DNA of 63,327 nt, filler included, from Nemertoderma westbladi (lineage: Eukaryota; Animalia; Xenacoelomorpha): NCBI GenBank assembly GCA_032718475.1. It is 4 parts of 4 records of this genome, joined end to end, with 100 filler letters (N's around TTAATTAATTAA, not from the genome) between each part and the next. Parts side by side here need not be neighbours in the genome. Positions count along the whole stretch, not along the records: positions 21,792 to 50,345 come from JAUCBJ010007830.1; positions 50,446 to 59,194 come from JAUCBJ010005130.1; positions 59,295 to 63,327 come from JAUCBJ010004963.1; 1 more part is not named here. One strand, given 5' to 3'. How positions within the stretch are numbered: position 1 is the first letter of the stretch; each line of letters begins with the position of its first letter. Positions 49,044-63,327 of this stretch are shown in pieces. Below the pieces are notes generated by a model that searched no databases, had not been told where the DNA came from, and was given only the letters and a program-made list of their open reading frames with translations. Position numbers and translations under genes: made by a program.

Positions 49044-50235
49044 GGATCTAGGACACTTCCCCCCGGACACCCCCCCCCCCCCCCCCCGCCCAAGTAGGTC
49101 ACTTCCCCCCCGGACACTTCCCCCCGGACACTTGACCCCCGGACACATCCCCCCCCCCCCCCAGTTAAAGTGTTAAAATTAATCTGGGTGCATCAAAGCA
49201 ATAAACAAAAGTTAAAAATGGTTACAGGACAAGTTGTATCTAGACAAGTTTTTTCAAAATTATAAAAGAAACATTTTTGTAGTCAAATTTTGTTTGTTTA
49301 TCTTTTAATTGGGGGCTGCCGCCCCAAAAACCCGCTTCTTTTGTTGGGGGCTGCCGCCCCCAAACCCCTGCTTCTTTTCTTGGGGGCTGCCGCTCCCAAA
49401 CCCCCGCTTCTTTTCGTGGGGGCTCTCGCCCCCAAACCCGCGCCCGAGGTGAAAGACTTTAAGAACATTTTGAAATAATTAATTCATGTTTGTATCATCA
49501 GATAATAAATTGACTAAGCCTAAAGTAGGAGCTGTATTGAATGTTAACCAAATTAATATATAAATTACTACAATGTTATATATTTCAACAAAATCATATT
49601 AAAAATATTGCAGGTAACCAGGAAATTTAATATGTAGTGTGTATAATATCTATATAGTATGTATAGTAGTAATATGTATATCAATATGTAATGCTGAACA
49701 CAGAATACAGGTCGACGCATCTCGATTTTACCCTGGAGAGGTATAATTTTGATTGCAACAATAATATTCATCCCCATTTGCTACAATTTGAAGACGACTA
49801 TTACATAATAATACCTATAATTAAAACAATTAATTATTATAATTCTATAGTTAATAAAAACAGTATATCATTCGGGAATGGAATTTATAGGTCATCTAAT
49901 TAATTGTTTAAAGATTAGCAAACAATACGATGTAATTGCATTAATAAAACCCATAAATAAAACTTGGATATAAAATGTAAAATAGGGATGCAAAAGATCA
50001 CTTTCTGAGCTACGAAAGGAAAATTGGATACAACTTGTCTGGATACAAGCGGTCAGTTTACCTTACAAAATGAAAAATACGAATGTGCGAAGTTAAGAAC
50101 AGTCGGGGGGGGGGGGGGGGGGGAGTGTCCGGGGGGAAGTGTCTGGGGGGGAAGTGTGCGGGGGGGGAGTGTCCTACTTGAGCGGGGGGGAACTGTCCGG
50201 GGGGGAAGTGTCCGGGGGGGAAGTGTCCAAACACC
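49044..50235. mobile_element. Non-autonomous TIR element with GG..CC ends and 8-bp TSD (MULE/Merlin-like)
   Basis: GAGTGAAG at 49036-49043 and 50236-50243. TIRs built of GGACACTTCCCCCC repeats. Confidence 0.85.
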
Positions 50236-50345
50236 GAGTGAAGATTTGTTCTTGTCTTGAGAAATGTAGTACAAAAATAATTATTGTTTATGAGCGTGTT
50301 AAGTTATAATACCGTACTCAATAGTTAAAATATTAAGTGATAGTT

Positions 50346-50445
50346 NNNNNNNNNNNNNNNNNNNNNNNNNNNNNNNNNNNNNNNNNNNNTTAATTAATTA
50401 ANNNNNNNNNNNNNNNNNNNNNNNNNNNNNNNNNNNNNNNNNNNN
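50346..50445. other. Artificial contig linker
   Basis: 44N + TTAATTAATTAA + 44N. Confidence 0.98.
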
Positions 50446-51604
50446 CACAAAATACTTCCAAGCCGTTCTTTCTTTGGCTCAAGACTGAATGTAAACACTG
50501 CACATAGGCATTGCGTCATTTCTCGGAAATTTTCTGTACAAGGAGCCACAAAAACGCTCTCATTGGCTGACTGAACTGAGAGACGCCGTAGAACAAAGGA
50601 AATCAACACGTATGAATGTCAGCTGTTAACCGTAGTCATAGTAACTACTGTTCAAGAGTAGCTATCACCCTTTTGCGTCACGAATTGCCATAGAATCATA
50701 AAATATGCCTTTCACAGTACACATACGGAGGAAATAGGTCTTAGATCCTCTAAAAACACCGATACAGCAATAATACGGTCTCTTACACTTATTAAATCAA
50801 CTACAGAGTATTTTAATGTAAAAGATAATAAAAATAACGGGGCAATTCAGCAAAGGCTTTTACAGATAGTTTCACCTCCCGACCACTGACTGGGTGAGCC
50901 AGAATTTTTATTTTCGCTTTCATTCTTTTGCTACAAGCGTTTGAAAAAGGTGTCTCCGTCGATATTGCACCAGTTACACCGCAGTTATTCTTCAAACATT
51001 TAGTGATTTGTTGTTACTAGTGGAAAGCTGGCCATGCAAGGATTCCAAATTTGTAAAAATAATTGAATTTGTTTGGGAAATTGCTGAGATATGGGCATTC
51101 GAATTTTGCATGTATTAGCTTCCACTGCAGGCCATTTATTCTATTAATAAATACACAATGTTCTAGAACATTTTAATAGAAAAATTGCCAGAAATATTTA
51201 ACAAACCAGACTACAGACAGCCAATTTTGGCGGGAAGGTTTAAACTTTGAAGGCAATTATCTTGGAATGACATTGGAATGACATGCCACTCCTCCGCCAT
51301 TTTTTTAACCAATATTCTTTATTTTTGGCTCATTCGAAAGGGTTTCGGCAGTTCTTTAATAGTTATCGGTTGGAATTTTTATCTTTGTGCTTTTACAGCC
51401 AATTTTTCAGATTAAAGCCAAAAATTTGTTAATTATGCCAAATATTAATAAATATTAATTAATATTCATAAAAAGGCAAAACTAAAAATTTTAACCGATA
51501 ACTTTTGTGGAGCTTCTCACCTCCGTAATTCGAAAAAAATCAGACAATTTCACCTAAAATTGACTGACTAGTAGCATTTTAACCGCAAATCTTGTTTCAT
51601 TCAA

Positions 51605-51622
51605 TGGCCGCTAGATGGCGAC
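51605..51622 (+). promoter_or_regulatory. CTCF-like motif inside a probable non-autonomous DNA element
   Basis: TGGCCGCTAGATGGCGAC resembles the CTCF core consensus. Motif match only. Confidence 0.3.
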
Positions 51623-51890
51623 TGGAAATTTGAAAATTGTTAAAAAAAAAACGAATGTTTAACCATATTTTAACAACCCATATTGTATAAAATCAAAATA
51701 ATTTAATTTCAGTAGAAATTGTAGACATTTCAACACAGTGATCAGGGGGGGGGGGGGTGGTGTACTCCCCCCTTAATATCAATGTTAATTAAATTCCATA
51801 TGAATCCGTGTTTTAAACAGTTTATTTTGACTATGTGGTTAATGTTTGCTAGGTTTGGTCTGATTAACCTGTTTTGGTTTTCATTTTCAG

Positions 51891-57588
<5,698 letters not shown>

Positions 57589-57771
57589 ACTCAATTCCAA
57601 ATCAAACATGATTCCGCCATGATTTGTCGTATTATATGACGCCACACGCAATATGGTGTTGTACGATTGTGTACAGTATTTTAGAATAGTTATAAAAAAT
57701 AATTGGTGTCTCATATAATTTACGTAAGTTGTCAAAGGTTCAGATCATTTTATAATGGATTAATTTGAGAA

Positions 57772-58090
57772 GTAGCATCATGCTGCATTGTAGCTGCATT
57801 ATATATATTATATATATATTAAGAATGCTGTGCCGGCTTGTCTTCTAAATTGCGCCGCCTCAACTCCCTATCACCCATGACATTTGGTAAATTATCCTCA
57901 TCTTCAAGGCCAGTGTCCTTTCAGATGCGTCTCAAGAAAGCCATTGGCTGACCCCATGCTTATTCTCACAATGGTCCAATTTGGTCCTCACGGCGAAAGC
58001 AATGTCCTGCGAAGCGGATTCGGCTTTGTTCAAGTGTCAAGCTAGGGCATACTAAGCTTCAAATTCTGTGTAGAGTTTCATTGGAGATGT
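57772..58090 (-). mobile_element. RTE 3' fragment downstream of the GNAS stop
   Basis: Reverse complement of 42240-42420 (AAGAATGCTGTGCCGGCTTGTC, CCCATGACATTTG). Confidence 0.85.
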
Positions 58091-58852
58091 GTTTTATATA
58101 TTTTATATATAAAACATATATTTTATTTATATATTTTAGGCATCAATATTCATATAATATGTTAATTCGTAACATAATTATCGCATAAAGTTTGGCTCGA
58201 TTTGCTATTATTCTCTACTATTGTTTAATTGAGATACCTTGTTTCCTTGTTTCTTGTTCTTTACATGAATTTATTTATACGAAGTACAAGTAAATAATCA
58301 GTAATAATTGTTCATACATTAGAAGGCTTGTATAAAGTACATTATATAAAGTTTGCCAAGATTCAGATTATTTTATTTGGTCTTATAACAATCACAATTA
58401 TGTGTTGCATTGATATTATATTTGTAAGGTTTATTGACTTGGGACTTATTGACTTGGGACTTATTGACTTGGGACTTATTGACTTACACCTGTATTCGCT
58501 AGCCATTGGGAAATATAATAATTTTTGTATGTGTTTGTTTATAATCAGATAGTATTTATATCTTATTGTAGCAATTGTGTGAGTAGGTGTTATTAATATT
58601 TAATGTTAACTAATGTACTGAGAATAGGCTGGGAGGGGGGGGGGGGGCAAAACCTCACCATTACTACTAATGGGTATTCCAAATATACAAACAGTTTTTC
58701 TAGAATTTATTTCGTTCGCGAGATATCTTTTGTATAGTATGGGTTGTCTCCAATAATGTCGCGAGGAATGATTTCCCAGGAATTATTTCTTCGCGATGGT
58801 CGAGAAAACGTTTCACATCCTTTGTCCAGAGCTGATTCAGGGCTCATTTAAT

Positions 58853-59194
58853 TAATATAATAATATACACTCCCCAACGGGGTAAATGAAATTCGGTAAA
58901 ATCAATATTATTTTAACAGCAAAATGGAGATAAAATAAAATAAATATTAGTTTCGTAAGTTAATGGTCGAGGCGAGAACTGCCAGGTTGGGACAAGCGGC
59001 GCAGTTAAGGGCGTGGTAGCGGTTCCCACATTGGTTGTGGCAGTGGCGGCACAGACAGTCTACAGAGATGGTGTGGAAGCGAGTGTTGGTGGCGCAGATC
59101 AGATGGTGGAATCCGTGCGATGTGGCCCGGGTGATGTGGTGGCGATTCCGTTGGCCCGGTTGCTTCCATACGGAACAAGCAAAGGCAGGGCCGT
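58853..59194 (-). mobile_element. 3' end of a probable non-LTR retrotransposon (Cys/His-rich ORF tail at 58947-59192)
   Basis: NRHHITRATSHGFHHLIC..FH..CLCRHC..CGNRYH..C*, then a CCCCGTTGGGG hairpin and a (TAT)n-like tail. Family assignment is from memory of similar RT C-termini. Confidence 0.5.
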
Positions 59195-59294
59195 NNNNNN
59201 NNNNNNNNNNNNNNNNNNNNNNNNNNNNNNNNNNNNNNTTAATTAATTAANNNNNNNNNNNNNNNNNNNNNNNNNNNNNNNNNNNNNNNNNNNN
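59195..59294. other. Artificial contig linker
   Basis: 44N + TTAATTAATTAA + 44N. Confidence 0.98.
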
Positions 59295-62200
59295 CAGTAT
59301 CGTTAAAAGCGGCAACGACAGACTTAATATCGATATACTGGTAGCGTTTGGTCATTGCGACAAGGTCCTGTACGATCGGATGAGCCATAACAACGGGAAA
59401 AGGCAGAGGAGCCAAATTCACGGATCCCAAGTCGGAGTAGACCTTAGCGAGGCGTTCACGGTTGGTCTGATTGTGTGGGTCTATAGAGACACTAAAGCGG
59501 TGGCTGACCCCTTTCGTCGTGTATCCATGGTGAAGGACTAGCAACATGGCATCAAGAGACAAAGGCACTTCGTACGGATTAATAGAGTTATCAATACTTA
59601 TTTCGTCGCCATCTATCAAATCCTGACCTTTGGCTTCTTGAGATTCAACCTTAGCGTCTTCGTTAACTTTATCAAATTTTCGAGCATCAACAGGAGTGTC
59701 AGATTCTTCAACAACCTTTTCAGGCGCTTCTTTCATCTCGGGTGAACGCGTCTCCAATCCATGATCGTCTGTCTTTTCATTTAAAACATCTACCCCGTCA
59801 TTCGCTTCTTCCTGATTACTAACGCTTTGTTCTATGTTTATCTCATCTAACAATGGTGCCGAAGTTGTATCCCCCATTTCTTCAACTTTATCCTCTTCTT
59901 CATCTTCTTCCCGAAAGACGTTACATTCCTCTTCCTCCTCCGCATTCGGCATTGAATATCCCGTGGCAACACTGAGGGCTCTGAGAAATCCAATATAAGG
60001 ATCAGGATGGATAGCGAAGTACATGAGCATATTAACATAATCAATTCCAACATGAGAATCCGAATCCACTTCAGCGAATACATCAAATAAAAATTCCTTG
60101 AAATGTTCTACGCGGTTGTAAGTGTAGGGTTCGTCATATTGTGACGGCGTCGAGGCACGGGATGGAGTCGGAAACCAAAGTCCAGCCTCACGGTACTCAT
60201 CTAGTGATAGACATCCAGACTCGGATTTATCGCAAACGAGACAACCTGCTAAGGTATTTAATAGTTCAGATAGATTAGCCATGGGCCAAGGCTGGGAGGC
60301 TAAAATTAAAAAATATCGCCAATCAATGTATTCAAAGGCTGGAGATAAAAGAGATGCAATTTCATGAACTTGATTCTGAGACAAAGCTAACCAGGAGGCT
60401 GGTAGTACATCCATACCATGAGTTAGTATACTAAGGTCATTGAATATCTCAACGAATGCTTTGGTTGAGATCATTCCTCCCGGGGCAGCCTTCTTAAACT
60501 GTTGTAGGAGACCGTATAATTGGAAAATAGTAAATACATCAGGTAGTATGGTTTCAATCGGCTCTGGTCTTGGAGGTGGAGATGGATCTTTAAACACATT
60601 AGCATCGCCATATATTAAGAAGTTCGATTGTTTAAGGATTACTCTCTTTTGTATTTTGGTTTCTTTCTCGACCGCATTGCGAAGTAGCTGGCACATATCA
60701 TCAATGCTATCCATTTCGTTTTTGAATCTATTTCCCAACCAGGTATTCATCAATGTGTAGCAAGAATTAGCTAGTTGCTTTAAATTTGAGAAAGCTAATA
60801 TTGCATGTTGCCTAATGGAGTCTAACCGCCGCTTCAGATGTGCCTCCTCAACCCCAATTGTACTGTAGTATTCTTCTCTAGAATTTTTCTGTTCTAATTC
60901 CTTCAATTCTTCTTCAATTTGCTCTGCCGTTTTTTCAACTGGTGTCTGAGGTTCCTGTGGTTCTGCTGATTTCTTTCCTCCCTTTTTGCCACTTTTCTTG
61001 CCGCCCTTTCCTTTACCTTTCATTGCTGCCGCAATAGCTTTCTCTCTTTCTTCAGCTAACTTCCGCTCTGCTTCCTCTTCAGCCTCCCTGGCAGCACTTT
61101 CTGCTTGCATAATGAAAGATATGCAACCAAGTGTATAATTAAATGCATCAAAGATAATTTTTTCATCCGGATCAGTGGGAGGTGAGAGGTGTATACTAGA
61201 AGTATCAACATCCTTTCTGCTGGGCACCTTTTTACTTTTTTTGGGGTCAACCCCTGGCGCAATAAATACGTTGCTTCCTGGCCTGCGATTTACCAGTGGA
61301 ATTACATGCTTCTTTTCCTCCATTGGCTTTTCCAATTCACTCTTAACCAACTCCAGTTTGGAATCACTACGAGACTGTTTATCAATTGATCCATGCTCGC
61401 TATGTGGTTGAGTCACATTACTGCCAATTTCAGGTTGTTGTTCATTATTGGATGTCTCTGAAATGGGCGTGTCGGGCTCTATCTCTGCACCAGCCACGTC
61501 CAAAAGTGGCATCCTATACAATTCATCAGTGTGTTCATCTGGAATTTTTTGTTCCATACTTTGGTAGTAATCTTTTAGCATCCTCAGGCTATCTTGAAAT
61601 TTGTCCAACTCAGCTTGCATCAATGTGATATAGTGGTTACTTATTATTCCAACATGATCTTCAACCCATCCTTCAGTTATCACTGTATGTCTTTCATCTT
61701 CTGCTTCAGCTTTCCTCTTATCACAAATATCCCATAACCTTTCCTTGAGATCGTGTACTCGTTGATGCAATTCACTTTTTTGTTCTTGATCAGATCTCAT
61801 GTCATCTGGAAGATCATTATATTCATCCTGCCATGTGTCAAGGAACTCTTGCTTGTGATCTGGGCGCTCCAAATACTTCTTAAAAGCTTCTCTCACTTCA
61901 TAAAAGTACCGTATCATCACATGTTGTTCATTTCTCATCATATGAAATACCAACTTAGTTGCAGTCGCATAACTATCCTCTAAACCACTCCATTGGATAT
62001 TCATAACAGTAGCCATCTCCAGCTCAATAGGTCGACTGATGTATATCCAATCTTTATCCCCAGGTGCAGGTGGAGGAGGAGGTGGTGTTGATACTGGCTC
62101 TTCTGGGGGTGGCTCCTCTTTCTTCCCAGAACCTTTTTTCTTTCCTTTAGAAGAACCCTTTTTTCCCTTAGAACTTCCAGCAGATCCACTGCGAGGTTTT

Positions 62201-63327
62201 TTTCCTTCCTTCTTACTCTTTTCGATTTTCTCTGCCGATCCCTCTCGTGATTTCTTTCCTTTACCACTACCAGCAGAGCCACCAGATGATTTTCTTCCAC
62301 CAGATCCCCCTCGTGTTTTTTTACTGGCTGAACTGACTTTCTCATCTGAACGGCCCCTCGGTAATACTTCCTTTGTATCTCCCACAGCTGTTACCTGTGG
62401 CTCAAGGTCTGGTTGTGTTGGTAGTTGATGTTGCTGCAACTCTCCAATTTCAAGAGTATCTTGGGATATTGGGTGGTCTTCTTCTAGTGGTGTAGGTTCA
62501 GGTGGTGGTGGTTCATTTTGAATACGAATTTTTTCTAAAGTCTCCAGGAGAGCAGCTTCTGCTTGGTCAAATGTCTTTGTAAAATCATTATTGCCATCAA
62601 GAATATGTAGAACATTAAATTTAGTGGGACCATACCAAGCTTCAATTCCTGACCATGCATCGATAAATCCTGTCAATCTATGTTGAACCTGTTCCTCGTC
62701 ATAAGTAGGATCTTCTACTGGAACAATCATTTCAGTCGTCTGTAATCCTGTATATGCTCCTTCCTTAGGCGGTTTGAATTCTTCATGGTAAATCTCGTTC
62801 TCACCTTGCGCATATGTTCTGCCAGCTGACCGTTTAAGAATTATACCATCATCAACATCTAACAATAAAACGATATTTAAGCCACTTGCTGGCTGAGGTT
62901 GTGGAGCTGGTGGTGCGGGATCTTTTACCAAACTTGGTTTCGATTTTTTACTTTTGACAATTGAAGTTTCTGGAGGCTCATAGCCAGTTAGTCCTTTTTC
63001 AAACAAGGCAGCCTGTCTATGTGTTGTTGGAAAACCATCTAGTATCCACCCAGTACCGTCCGGTATTCTAGATATACATTCAATAAATATGTCAACCAGT
63101 ATGTCATCTGATATAGGCCTTCCTTCATCTAATGCAACTATGGCCATGGATCCCAAGTTGGCACGTTTGGTAGGCCTATATTCTGGTTCTGGTGTCACCG
63201 TTGGATCTGGTGATTCAGCTAATGGTTCAGCATCATTAGGGACATCAGGTTGTGGTGTATTTGCGAGAGGTGAGGTTTGATTTTCTCCAATAACTTTAGC
63301 ATCTGGAGATGATGTTGGAACCTGTGT
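59295..63327 (-). CDS. SPEF2: Sperm flagellar protein 2 (KPL2), partial at both ends, uninterrupted ORF
   Basis: Adenylate-kinase-like GWILDGFPTT..QA..E..LTG, FKKYLERPDHKQEF..WQ..N.LPDD, ELHQRVHDLKERLWDICD and HYITLMQAELDKFQD. Frame open from the window end to the linker. Confidence 0.93.

Noticed and set aside
59013-59294. ORFs running into X residues, and the SPEF2 'stop' at 59239
   Set aside because: They terminate in the artificial linker.

Overview
Animal (probably invertebrate) genomic DNA made of four unrelated contigs joined by artificial 100-nt linkers (44N-TTAATTAATTAA-44N at 21692-21791, 50346-50445, 59195-59294). Contig 1 (1-21691) is mostly transposon debris: CRE-type and RTE non-LTR fragments, a LINE ORF1 remnant, solo LTRs, MITEs and an apparently intact, intron-containing IS3EU-type DDE transposase. 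Contig 2 (21792-50345) is a nest of retroelements: two BEL/Pao elements, a near full-length CRE-type RT-RLE element with an N-terminal CXC-like domain, and an RTE. The nest lies upstream of two exons of a class I cytokine-receptor-like gene. Contig 3 holds the 3' half of a G-alpha-s gene, and contig 4 is a 4-kb intronless stretch of SPEF2. The most notable items are a WRN/EXD2-type DEDDy exonuclease ORF downstream of a BEL/Pao pol, behind a minisatellite and a conserved double-hairpin motif that recurs on contig 1; an LTR family whose hairpin is conserved in position but not in sequence; and the intronless SPEF2. All calls are by eye, without database searches.
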